From the NCBI GenBank assembly GCA_046052705.1, contig JBJOLU010000227.1, forward strand, positions 1 to 62,894: a stretch of 62,894 bases of DNA, read 5' to 3'. Source of the stretch: Bacteroidota bacterium (GTDB taxonomy: Bacteria > Bacteroidota > Ignavibacteria > Kapaibacteriales > NICIL-2). Position numbers and translations under genes: made by a program. The notes under the pieces are model-generated. The model made no database searches and had not been told where the DNA came from. It saw only the letters and a list, made by a program, of their open reading frames with translations. Below are positions 37,140 through 45,471 of this stretch, in pieces (position 1 is the stretch's first letter; every line of letters begins with the position of its first letter).

Positions 37140-37464
37140 ACCCCTACCCCACCAAAACTATGACCTTCGGCACTAGTTGCCCGATACTCCGCTATTACAA
37201 AAGTCATACTCCACTCCAAAAACAGTGCCCAAAGACACTAGCAACGCACGCCGTCAGGCGACTCTCCTTACCCGTCCCGTCTGGGGGAATACACAGGCAA
37301 AAAACGTAAGTGATTGATTTTGTGGGAGATTTGTGTGGAGTTGGTAATCGTTTGTGTGGAGTAATATGTAGAGCCGAACACGGAGTCCCTTTGCTGCCGT
37401 GGGGGGTGGGGTGCCGGTGGGGATACAACCCCGTGTTTTTCGACACCCGTCCCTGTAGAATCAA
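37088..37464. promoter_or_regulatory. Non-coding TerS-TerL spacer with phased GTGGAGT repeats and G/C-tract inverted repeats (candidate pac/cos or late control region)
   Basis: TTTGTGTGGAGT at 37330 and 37351, degenerate copy at ~37319, inverted ACTCCAC at 37208; GGGGGGCACCCCCC 37088-37101; GGTGGGGTAG 37112 / CTACCCCACC 37144; G-tracts 37399-37422. Confidence 0.4.
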
Positions 37465-38190
37465 TCACTTAGCATTTGTGCTGTCGGTGCTGGCTGTGCC
37501 TGGCGTGTCTTGTGGTGCTGATAGCTCGGCCAGTAGCGATGAGGCGTCCTGTTCGATGCGCTCACCATCTATAGTCTTGCCCGACATCAATGCCTGTAAT
37601 TCGCCCATTATCTTTGTGCGCAACGCATCTGAGCTATGATGTACAATTGATTCTTTCCGCTCAGTAAATGCAGCGACTTCTGTGACCTGACCGAGCGTTT
37701 TTACAGCCTGAGTACGTATCGCCGGAGGTGTTTCGGGATCGATCACTTGCTGTACAAGTGTTTGAATTACAAGGTTTCTTAGCTGCTCAGGGGTGCGATG
37801 TTTCGCCGCTTCATTAGCTAGCTGATACGCTTCTATTTCCGCCTGTATTCGGGCATCGCGTTTCAATCGGCTGGCATGATCCCCGATTGTTTTTGGTTTT
37901 CCTGTGCAGTTGTACGCTTTCCTGTAGGCATCTGCGCCTGTGTGTCCCATTGCGACGTTGTATGCGTATGCTCTTTGCTTTGGTGTGAGTGTTGATTTGC
38001 TTACTCCTACGACGTGGAGCATTTGATCTGGGGACATCTCTTTAAGTGTCTGTCTTGTTTCTTGTATCTGTCTGCGTGTGAGCCGTTTCGCTTCGCTACT
38101 CTTTTTCTTTTCCGCGCCCTCACTCCCACCTGACAGCCCGCGCTTGCCCCTACCTGCTGGCTCGATCTTGTCCCACTTGTCTTCGCTCAT
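37465..38190 (-). CDS. terS: Terminase small subunit (Terminase_2/P27-like); start trimmed to MSEDKW
   Basis: LTPKQRAYAYNVAMGHTGADAYRKAYNCTGKPKTIGDHASRLKRDARIQAEI; GAGGGGGG SD before ATG 38190. Confidence 0.75.
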   Translation of the reverse strand: MSEDKWDKIEPAGRGKRGLSGGSEGAEKKKSSEAKRLTRRQIQETRQTLKEMSPDQMLHVVGVSKSTLTPKQRAYAYNVAMGHTGADAYRKAYNCTGKPKTIGDHASRLKRDARIQAEIEAYQLANEAAKHRTPEQLRNLVIQTLVQQVIDPETPPAIRTQAVKTLGQVTEVAAFTERKESIVHHSSDALRTKIMGELQALMSGKTIDGERIEQDASSLLAELSAPQDTPGTASTDSTNAK

Positions 38191-38313
38191 CTTTTCCCCC
38201 CTCTTGCCTGTCCTGTACTGCATCGCACTTGATCTTAGCATGAGAACGGAATAGGAACGTACGTAACAGCCCTAATGCACACAGGCACATATCACCTGAC
38301 CTGATAGGTTACA

Positions 38314-38342
38314 TTGACTATCATCAGGTGTGTATCTATCAT
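38314..38342 (+). promoter_or_regulatory. Sigma70-like promoter of the plus-strand early operon (TTGACT-17-TATCAT)
   Basis: Near-consensus -35/-10 with 17-nt spacer, overlapped by inverted repeat CACCTGA/TCAGGTG; downstream leader has CTGGTGGCGC x2 and GCCCC-TTCG-GGGGC hairpin (38441-38454). Confidence 0.55.
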
Positions 38343-38475
38343 CCATTCATGCGCTGCACCTGGTGGCGCTGGCATTCGGTGCTGTGTATGTCGGAGCGCA
38401 TGCCTATATCTGGTGGCGCATGGGCGCTCTTTAACCTTTCGCCCCTTCGGGGGCTTTCACTGGAGATACAAGAAA

Positions 38476-38688
38476 ATGAAAATCACAGTCACTCTCAAAA
38501 ACGTGTATGGCAACCAGTCCGTCTACCCGCTCGACGAACACGCCCACCGATTTGCAAAGATTGCCGGAACTAAGACACTTTCGCGCGATGCGCTGGCGAA
38601 TGTCCGCGCCCTTGGGTTCGAAGTGGTCTTCGTTGATCCTGCGGCCGTCGCCCTGAGTGAATCTATCAATGGGGGTAATAATGTATAA
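38476..38688 (+). CDS. Small early protein (70 aa)
   Basis: GGAGA SD; MKITVTLKNVYGNQSVYPLDEHAHRFAKIAG... Confidence 0.6.
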   Translation: MKITVTLKNVYGNQSVYPLDEHAHRFAKIAGTKTLSRDALANVRALGFEVVFVDPAAVALSESINGGNNV

Positions 38689-38938
38689 ATTTATTTCCGA
38701 TCCCGGCCATAGCTGGTTGGAAGTTCCCTTGACCGAATTACACGCTCTGGGCATCGCCAATAAAATCAGTAGCTATAGCTACCAAACCGGCGATCTAGTT
38801 TATCTAGAGGAAGACTGTGACGCTGCAATTTTCGCGCAAGCAAAAAAAGCGCGGAATGAGCCCCTGCCAATTGAAGAGGTGTTCCAAGAAAACACATTTA
38901 TTCGCAATCTGCCACGCTTTGCGGGGGTGCAGTCATGA
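38681..38938 (+). CDS. Small early protein (85 aa), MYKFISDPGHSWLEV family
   Basis: Start overlaps previous stop; recurrent phage family of unknown function. Confidence 0.6.
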   Translation: MYKFISDPGHSWLEVPLTELHALGIANKISSYSYQTGDLVYLEEDCDAAIFAQAKKARNEPLPIEEVFQENTFIRNLPRFAGVQS

Positions 38939-39210
38939 AACACACCCCCGGACCTTGGCTGTTTCAACAATGTGGGAGCCCTGGATACTTTGCCATTGTC
39001 ACTACTCAAGGGAAACCCGTTCCATTGATCGGACCAACGGCTATCCACAATGCTCGTTTGATCGCTGCCGCTCCCGACATGGCCGATTTGCTACTTGCTG
39101 CCCTACCCTATGTCGAAGAGGGCGAAGAGTTCAACAAACCCAACTGTCGCACCTTGTCCCGTGATATCCGGGCGCTGTTGCGCGTGATCGATCCTGAATG
39201 TGGGGTTTAA
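38935..39210 (+). CDS. Small early protein (91 aa), TPGPW...NARLIAAAPDM family
   Basis: ATGA overlap with previous gene; recurrent phage family. Confidence 0.6.
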   Translation: MKHTPGPWLFQQCGSPGYFAIVTTQGKPVPLIGPTAIHNARLIAAAPDMADLLLAALPYVEEGEEFNKPNCRTLSRDIRALLRVIDPECGV

Positions 39211-39211
39211 C

Positions 39212-39694
39212 ATGAAACAAATTTCCGTTTTCACTTTTGACGAATTAAGTGATGATGCTAAAGAGCATGCGCGCCAGTGGGGACGTGAAATGCTCGCGCT
39301 TAATCCTTGCTGGGTTGATGAGTCCAGCGATTCCATAGACTCTTTCCTCACCCACTTTGGCGCGCGCTTGCGTTCGTATGATTTCGACCGACTGCACTAT
39401 GACGTGGACGCACCGAATGACATTTTTCGTGGATTGCGTCTAAACGCATTTACGCGTGATGCGATGCCCACAGGATATTTCCTTGATTGTGTGCTGTGGG
39501 AGACTTTTTACGACAGTTTCAAACGTACCGGAAGCGCAAAAATCGCCTTTCATGATGCGCTACATGCTGCGCTTGTCGCGTTTCGTGATGATCTTGAAAG
39601 CCAACAATCGGACGACTACGTAGACGATTTCCTAATTGCCAACGAGTATTTTTTCTTGGCATCTGGTGATCGCGTTCCAGCCTCTGTTGCGTGA
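39212..39694 (+). CDS. Early protein (160 aa), FTFDELSDDAKE...ANEYFF family (unknown; seen next to anti-restriction genes in plasmid leading regions as I recall)
   Basis: ORF with start 1 nt after previous stop. Confidence 0.55.
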   Translation: MKQISVFTFDELSDDAKEHARQWGREMLALNPCWVDESSDSIDSFLTHFGARLRSYDFDRLHYDVDAPNDIFRGLRLNAFTRDAMPTGYFLDCVLWETFYDSFKRTGSAKIAFHDALHAALVAFRDDLESQQSDDYVDDFLIANEYFFLASGDRVPASVA

Positions 39695-39757
39695 TCCCTT
39701 AAAGCCCGGCGTGCTGGGCTTTCGGGGCGACATGCCCACAACTGGAGATAAAACAAA

Positions 39758-40273
39758 ATGGAAACACCATCTGTATACGTCGGCACCTATGCCAAATATA
39801 ACTCGGGCAGTATCAAGGGCGCGTGGATCAATCTCGAAGACTACGCAGGAGACCGCGAGGGCTTCTATGCCGCATGCGCCGAGCTGCATTCGGACGAAGC
39901 TGACCCTGAATTTATGTTTCAAGATTTCCAATGTTTCCCGCGTGAGTTTTACTCTGAAAGCGGCCTGCCCGAAGAATTGTTTGAATGGCTGGAGCTTGAT
40001 GACTATGACCGCGAGTTGCTGGAAAAGTACGCTGAGGCAACCGGGTACGACATCACCGAACTAACGATAGAGAATGCCCGTGAAGCATTCTGGGGCCGGT
40101 TCGATTCTGGCGCGGATGCTGCCCAGCAGATTGCAGAAGAGTCTGGCGCGGTTCCGAAAGACTTACCGTGCTGGATCGTCATTGACTGGCAAGATTCGTG
40201 GGACAGTAACCTTCGTCATGATTATTGCACGGCTGGTCGGCATGGCGATCTGTGGATTTTCTCGAATCGCTGA
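39758..40273 (+). CDS. ardA: ArdA-type anti-restriction protein (DNA mimic, anti type I R-M)
   Basis: VYVGTYAKYNSGSIKGAWINL ... EADPEFMFQDFQCFPREFYSESG ... acidic; matches ArdA signature from memory. Confidence 0.85.
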   Translation: METPSVYVGTYAKYNSGSIKGAWINLEDYAGDREGFYAACAELHSDEADPEFMFQDFQCFPREFYSESGLPEELFEWLELDDYDRELLEKYAEATGYDITELTIENAREAFWGRFDSGADAAQQIAEESGAVPKDLPCWIVIDWQDSWDSNLRHDYCTAGRHGDLWIFSNR

Positions 40274-40300
40274 CCACAACAATAAAGGGAGATAAAAACA

Positions 40301-40498
40301 ATGCAAGCGCAACTGATAGCACGTTTCACGAATCACCGCGACGGACTCGAAGGCCGTGTGTATCGTTTGAATGACGGCCGTTTGTCCGTAGTGTTGTTTG
40401 ACCTGGGCGCCTTCGAAGCGGTGCCCTCTTCCCGTATCTATTCGCCCGAGAAACTTGACGCGGCGCACACCTACGCTCGTTTGATTGCGGGGGTTTGA
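40301..40498 (+). CDS. Small early protein (65 aa)
   Basis: ORF in operon. Confidence 0.5.
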   Translation: MQAQLIARFTNHRDGLEGRVYRLNDGRLSVVLFDLGAFEAVPSSRIYSPEKLDAAHTYARLIAGV

Positions 40499-40499
40499 C

Positions 40500-40685
40500 A
40501 TGCTCTATCTTTATGGTTTGATCTTTGCATCGTCCCTCGCGGGGTCCTGTGTTACCGTTTTTCTGTGGGGGGAGTACGTCCTGAGTGATCTATCTGCCGT
40601 GGTGCTGGTGATCGCGCAACTGATGATTGCCAGTCTAGCTGCCGTTATCATCGACGAAAGGGAAAAAAAATGTTCTGGATTGTGA
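40500..40685 (+). CDS. Small membrane protein (2 TM)
   Basis: MLYLYGLIFASSLAGSCVTVFLW ... VVLVIAQLMIASLAAVII. Confidence 0.5.
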   Translation: MLYLYGLIFASSLAGSCVTVFLWGEYVLSDLSAVVLVIAQLMIASLAAVIIDEREKKCSGL

Positions 40686-40876
40686 CCGATGCCGGCATCT
40701 ATGCCTCCCCGAAAATCTCTCGCGCTCTTACGGGCGACATGATCGGGCACTCGTTTTTCATCGACGAACACGCCTTTTTAGTAGATGCTGCTGTGTCTCG
40801 GGAGCATGCTTTTGACGGAGCTATCTCGTTTCTTGTGCGCTGGCAAAAAAAGGTTAATGCGAAAAATGACAGATAA
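40670..40876 (+). CDS. Small early protein (68 aa)
   Basis: Last ORF before terminator. Confidence 0.5.
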   Translation: MFWIVTDAGIYASPKISRALTGDMIGHSFFIDEHAFLVDAAVSREHAFDGAISFLVRWQKKVNAKNDR

Positions 40877-40940
40877 AGAGAGCATTTTTTACCTTGTCAT
40901 CTTCGCACTTTTCCTATTATATGTTTTCCGATAATGCTTT

Positions 40941-40968
40941 ACCCCGCCATGCGCGGGGTTTTTCTTTT
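40941..40968 (+). terminator. Rho-independent terminator of the early plus-strand operon
   Basis: ACCCCGC-catgc-GCGGGGT followed by TTTTTCTTTT. Confidence 0.8.
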
Positions 40969-41072
40969 GGTGCCCTATGAATCCTAAAATCTTTACCATC
41001 CACCTCATCGAATCTGACGGATACATCACCGCTCACGCTGACTACACTGGCGAAGGTGAAGCGGTGCTAGAA

Positions 41073-41978
41073 CTAGGGCTTGACCTGATCGGACAACTGG
41101 CGGCACTTGATGCTGCTGGCGAACGTGTCAGGGTCTCTCCGATTCTCCGGTGCACGCTTGTACAGTGATCGCCAGAGGTTACTGGCTGCGCGAAACAGTC
41201 CGTGCTCTTGATGGTAGTCATTAAAATCCTGGCCGACTGTGGGACTGATCCAGTACGGCCACCCTGTTTTTTTGGCGATTGTCTCGCCCGTACCGCTTTT
41301 GTCATTATCCGCGACCACAAGACCCGGTTTCAAACGACTAGCGATTGTTAGCAGGTTGTTCGCACTGAAACATACGTGAATTTTCCATAGGTGTTTTAGT
41401 GACTGCATCGCGGCGCGGATAGATAAGCCTGTCGCGTATCCTTCACAGAGTATGTCTGGCCCTTGCCGTCCGATGATGAACTCTGCGCCTTTTGTGCGCT
41501 GTCCGTACAGGAACTTTTTATTCCCTTCGGCGTCGATTGTTTGCATTCCTATCAGACGGTTAAGCTCATCGTACATTGGAACTACAAAATGCTCCGTCTG
41601 ATCGTGGCACCAGATCAACCCCTTCTCGTCTGGAAATCCTTTCTTCCGAAGGTAGTCGTGTCTTCCATAGACGCATCGATTTAAGATCATCGAGGCCCGC
41701 ATCGCGGCGTTTTCCTGTAGCCGTTTGCGCTCTTCTTGGGCTTGGGTCAGGGCTTGCATGGTGACGCGCGGATCAATCTTGATCGGCTTGTCTTCACGCC
41801 AGAAGATTACCTCCGTGTGGACAGCGTGATCCTGTAGGAATCCGTGGTCGCCCATCCACTTCACGGCACCGTTCTTTTTCTTGGGGTGTGACTCGGTGGG
41901 GAACCGCTCCCACACTCCCAGGCGAGGCGGGTGCGTGATGATGATGCCGTGAGCACAGCAAAATTCGATGAAGGTCAT
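41073..41978 (-). CDS. Toprim-domain primase-like protein
   Basis: ILCEGYATGLSI (Toprim Glu) and VVADNDKSGTGE (DxD); 301 aa, upstream helicase. Confidence 0.7.
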   Translation of the reverse strand: MTFIEFCCAHGIIITHPPRLGVWERFPTESHPKKKNGAVKWMGDHGFLQDHAVHTEVIFWREDKPIKIDPRVTMQALTQAQEERKRLQENAAMRASMILNRCVYGRHDYLRKKGFPDEKGLIWCHDQTEHFVVPMYDELNRLIGMQTIDAEGNKKFLYGQRTKGAEFIIGRQGPDILCEGYATGLSIRAAMQSLKHLWKIHVCFSANNLLTIASRLKPGLVVADNDKSGTGETIAKKTGWPYWISPTVGQDFNDYHQEHGLFRAASNLWRSLYKRAPENRRDPDTFASSIKCRQLSDQVKP

Positions 41979-43447
41979 GCTGCCCTCACCTTCCGAAGGT
42001 AAGCCCTCAGAAGCTTATTTACGAACCGGTCAAACTCAATGTCCGGGACTAGGATTGTCTCGTTGTCCAAGAGCCGGGGCCATACCGAAAATCTTGCTCT
42101 GTACGTGTGCGCTGCTCGCCCAGGCGACCAACCCTCAATCATTACCTTGTATCGGCACATGGACCAGAACTTCTGTTTCTCGTCTTTACTTCCGACGGTT
42201 AGCTCTTCCATCTGGCCGGGGACGGATTCAACCATGCTCGGGCGCTCACGCATGAATCCGCAGTGCCCACAATTTCTCCAGCCCTTAACCCATAAGGTCT
42301 GACAACTGGGGCATTTACTGTCTTCCTTTTCCTTCGGCGTGGGCTCTTTCTTTACACGCTCTTTGTTGTCGTTCAACGAATCTACGCCATTTTCGTAGAT
42401 GTTTTCCCAGTCTTCACGGAACCGGAGATAGTTGCCGCTGAAGTCCAGCCAAACGCCGAAGGATTTATTGGGAGCGCCGCGCATGACACGCCCCATCTGC
42501 TGAATGTGTGAAGATAGCGACCGAGCGAATGGCCTTGCTGACACGCCCATGAGAACGTCGGGACAGTCAAATCCTTTGGTTAGAATGTCCGTTGCGATCA
42601 GGCCGTGTATTTCTGTATCCGGCTTCTGAAAATCTGCGATCAGGTCTCTTTTGAACTCCGAATCATCCCGGTATGAAACACAGATAAAGTTATACCCTTG
42701 CTCCTGAAACTTCCGAGACAACTCCGTACCATGTGCGACACCACTACTGAACACGATAGTCTTGACAGGCCGGCCGAAGATTTCGTGAGTCTTCTTGATC
42801 CACTCAGCTACTACGTCTCCGACGATCTTGATGCCGCGCTCGCCTGCCTCGGCACCCGACCACTCCCCAGCGACCTTCTTGGCTCCGGTCATATCAACTT
42901 CTTTTGATATGAACACCTTCAGTGGTACGAGCACGCCCTGATCGACCAATTGTTTCGTGGTGCAGGTACTGACGATTCCGTCATAAGTTTTTGCCAGCCC
43001 CTTGGTGAAAGGCGTGGCCGATAGACCGATTACCTTCACTTGTGGATTATTCTTGATCCACTCCAGCGTCTGCGCCCTGGTGCAGTGGGCCTCATCGACC
43101 ACCACGAGGGTGAGATTTTCCATCTGGCCTCGACGCTCAAGGGTCTGTGCTGAGCACACCTGGATGAACTCATAGGGCCGGTAACGCCAGTGTCCAGCCT
43201 GTAGGACACCGTGCTCGATGCTGTACTTATCCAGCCTCTCAGACATCTGATTGACCAGCACCACACGGTCCAGAATCATGGCTGACCTGTTGCCCTTCTC
43301 TCGGGCTTTGTCGAGCATGTAAGCCGCGACTTCGCTTTTGCCTCCACCCGTCGCCAAGTACAGCATCTGAGCCTTCTTGCCGGCGGCGAATCCCTCCCTC
43401 AGTTTGCGAATGGATTCTTCCTGATAGTCACGTAGCTTGAGGATCAT
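41975..43447 (-). CDS. SF2 DEAH-box helicase with C-terminal Zn-ribbon
   Basis: LATGGGKSE (Walker A), VVVDEAHC (DEAH), SAT-like, QQMGRVMRG; CPSC...CGHC. Confidence 0.85.
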   Translation of the reverse strand: MILKLRDYQEESIRKLREGFAAGKKAQMLYLATGGGKSEVAAYMLDKAREKGNRSAMILDRVVLVNQMSERLDKYSIEHGVLQAGHWRYRPYEFIQVCSAQTLERRGQMENLTLVVVDEAHCTRAQTLEWIKNNPQVKVIGLSATPFTKGLAKTYDGIVSTCTTKQLVDQGVLVPLKVFISKEVDMTGAKKVAGEWSGAEAGERGIKIVGDVVAEWIKKTHEIFGRPVKTIVFSSGVAHGTELSRKFQEQGYNFICVSYRDDSEFKRDLIADFQKPDTEIHGLIATDILTKGFDCPDVLMGVSARPFARSLSSHIQQMGRVMRGAPNKSFGVWLDFSGNYLRFREDWENIYENGVDSLNDNKERVKKEPTPKEKEDSKCPSCQTLWVKGWRNCGHCGFMRERPSMVESVPGQMEELTVGSKDEKQKFWSMCRYKVMIEGWSPGRAAHTYRARFSVWPRLLDNETILVPDIEFDRFVNKLLRAYLRKVRAA

Positions 43448-43692
43448 TTGCGCCCCTCCAAAGCTGCGATCCTACGCTTCAGACGCCTGTTGTCCGCCTG
43501 GAATGCGTCGCGGGACTTGGTGAGTGCGCTTACTTCTACTTCAAGTACTGCGATTACATCTCTCTGTTCATTGAATAACTGCTCCGCGTATCTCTTGTCC
43601 TCTTCGGTTGCATCCATGAAATGCAACGCGAGGCGCTTGCGCAGTTGGTTGTTCTCTTCGGTCAGTGCTTCAATCAAACTATCTTTATCCAT
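43444..43692 (-). CDS. Small coiled-coil protein
   Basis: 82 aa, heptad-like. Confidence 0.5.
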   Translation of the reverse strand: MDKDSLIEALTEENNQLRKRLALHFMDATEEDKRYAEQLFNEQRDVIAVLEVEVSALTKSRDAFQADNRRLKRRIAALEGRK

Positions 43693-43753
43693 TTTCGGCT
43701 CAGTTTTAATTTATTTATCGGTACTGAACTACTGATGAAGCGACGATGGTTTG

Positions 43754-44287
43754 TTACTTGATGGCCTCCAATATGAAATAGAAAGTATTTTCTTTTATAT
43801 CTGCAAACAAAATCTCGAAATCTGCTCGATAGCAGTATCTGAAATCGCTGATAGATGTTTTACCTACCTGCTCTTCGTATGTCTTTTGTCTCAGGAACGT
43901 AAGCCAGTTCGGGTGGAAGATTCTCGTATGACTCGGATCACCCCATGCCCATTCAGAATCCGGTGACGGAACTGAGGCGAAGAATTTACCCGACGGCGCT
44001 AGGATACGATGAAACTCCTCAAACTGGCGGAATAAAAACTTGTAATCTCCTTGCGTTCCTACGTGTTCCAGCACCTCATATGCGTGTATCTCTTGGAACT
44101 CATTATCTGCGAATGGTAACCTGACCAAGTTCAAATCCCATACTACATCCGGCTTGTGATGATGGTTGATATCCAGTGTTACTAGGTTATTCCATGTATC
44201 TTTGCCCGGCAAAAACAGTTTCTTTCTGTGATCCCTGCCACATCCGATGAGCAATTCTTTTGATATAACTTCTGAGTTATATGTCAT
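43754..44287 (-). CDS. Class I SAM-dependent methyltransferase (Methyltransf_11-like; substrate unknown)
   Basis: LIGCG...VTLDIN...PFADNEFQEIHAYEVLEHV...RILAPSGKFFASVP; no DPPY/NPPY DNA-MTase motif. Confidence 0.65.
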   Translation of the reverse strand: MTYNSEVISKELLIGCGRDHRKKLFLPGKDTWNNLVTLDINHHHKPDVVWDLNLVRLPFADNEFQEIHAYEVLEHVGTQGDYKFLFRQFEEFHRILAPSGKFFASVPSPDSEWAWGDPSHTRIFHPNWLTFLRQKTYEEQVGKTSISDFRYCYRADFEILFADIKENTFYFILEAIK

Positions 44288-44463
44288 TCGTCATCTACTC
44301 CGAAATTGAAGTACTCGCATATCTCGAACATAATTCCTTCTTCGATAAATCTTTTAATCTGTTCCGCCGTTGGTGTGGCTGAGTGCTTATGTGCTTTCCC
44401 CCACCCTCTGTTTATGCCAGCCTCGATGCAGTCCCGCAGGACTTGGTATTCATTCACTTTCAT
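44284..44463 (-). CDS. Small protein (59 aa; start trimmed to MKVNEYQ)
   Basis: ATGA overlap with upstream stop. Confidence 0.5.
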   Translation of the reverse strand: MKVNEYQVLRDCIEAGINRGWGKAHKHSATPTAEQIKRFIEEGIMFEICEYFNFGVDDE

Positions 44464-44735
44464 TCTTGCCCCCTGGCTCGGATGGTTTGCGCGAGTGCAT
44501 AGCCTTCGTCGCTCCATGCACCTGTGTAGTGTTCGACCACCTTCGCACACGCCTCTCGCTCAAATTCCATCGCGCACTGGATGGCGTGCTCTGCGGCTTC
44601 GAGCATTTCGTCACGCAACATACTGGCAAACCGTGTCATTTGCTCAATCACGGCTTCATGCGGCATGCCAAGATGGAAACTCATGCCGGACTCGCGGATC
44701 AATCGCGCTACTTCTTCGCGCGGCATATCATTCAT
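44460..44735 (-). CDS. Member (divergent) of the REAG...RFA...ERE.CA...IRARG paralogue family
   Basis: MPREEVARLIRESG ... MTRFASMLRDEMLEAAEHAIQCAMEFEREACAKVV ... TIRARGQE. Confidence 0.55.
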   Translation of the reverse strand: MNDMPREEVARLIRESGMSFHLGMPHEAVIEQMTRFASMLRDEMLEAAEHAIQCAMEFEREACAKVVEHYTGAWSDEGYALAQTIRARGQE

Positions 44736-44943
44736 CTGCCACCTCTAAGAGTGCTTTCTTTGCTCGCTCTAGCAGCCACAACATATCGCCTCCGTCGGCA
44801 TAAGAAGACGCGAATTATTCCTGCCCGTCTTTGTCGTAACCAAGGATGACTACCCCCTCCAGCTTGCCAAGAGCGGACTCGATGACATGATCGGCAGGCA
44901 TATCCAGCTTGGTGATGCCTGTGAATCGCACGACATTGGTCAT
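44728..44943 (-). pseudogene. Small conserved gene interrupted by an in-frame TAA (44815..44817)
   Basis: MTNVVRFTGITKLDMPADHVIESALGKLEGVVILGYDKDGQE * FASSYADGGDMLWLLERAKKALLEVADE; both ends translationally coupled to neighbours. Confidence 0.6.
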
Positions 44944-45203
44944 GCTCGACCCCTAATCATCCTTGCCACCATCTCATAACTCAGCATCATCTGCCGGCGC
45001 AGCGGGTCTTTTATGTATTGATCGTGCAACGCGTCCCACTGGCTTGCGATGCGCTCACGCTCGGCAGCAGAAACAAGGGCGGCGAAGCGTTCAAGGTCTT
45101 GCGTATTGCTGATAAAAATGTCGTCGCGCATTTCAGAATCAAATTCACGCAGGTCTTTACATCCAGCCTCACGCGCCATACGGATGATGTCATCGCGGTT
45201 CAT
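44940..45203 (-). CDS. Paralogue family member (MNRDDIIRMAREAG...)
   Basis: GGGGGA SD before ATG 45203; N-terminal ~40 nt closely similar to that of ORF 45190..45471. Confidence 0.6.
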   Translation of the reverse strand: MNRDDIIRMAREAGCKDLREFDSEMRDDIFISNTQDLERFAALVSAAERERIASQWDALHDQYIKDPLRRQMMLSYEMVARMIRGRA

Positions 45204-45471
45204 TTTGTCCCCCAATTCCATGCGCGCGCTCCACGGCCCGAACTAATGCTGCTCCATCGCATTCCCAATTTGCAAATACTTCGCCCTCAACCCAATGTTT
45301 TTTAAACGAGCTATATCTCGTAACAAGAAAATCCACGTCTTCTTGTATTAGCGGCTTGCGCGAAAGTACGGCAGCAGCGACAAGAGCGGCAAAGCGTTGG
45401 AACAAATCAGAGTCATACCCTGACAAAACCCCAGCTTCCCGCGCCATGCGGATAATGTCGTCGCGGTTCAT
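45190..45471 (-). CDS. Paralogue family member (MNRDDIIRMAREAG...)
   Basis: 93-aa ORF. Confidence 0.6.
   Translation of the reverse strand: MNRDDIIRMAREAGVLSGYDSDLFQRFAALVAAAVLSRKPLIQEDVDFLVTRYSSFKKHWVEGEVFANWECDGAALVRAVERAHGIGGQNEPR

Noticed and set aside
37399-37422. G-quadruplex potential in GGGGGGTGGGGTGCCGGTGGGG
   Set aside because: There are only three clean G3+ tracts plus a GG, so no canonical four-tract G4. I kept it only as part of the spacer-region description.
37204-37639. Track ORFs 37204..37464(-), 37268..37468(-), 37310..37639(+) in the terS-terL spacer
   Set aside because: They have Pro/Gly/His-rich nonsense composition driven by G/C tracts and repeats, no SD, and they mutually overlap. 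I treated the region as non-coding.
40977-41168. 63-aa plus-strand ORF after the early-operon terminator
   Set aside because: It starts downstream of a strong terminator with no promoter seen, and it overlaps the primase C-terminus convergently by ~95 nt. It is probably spurious and is not listed as a feature.
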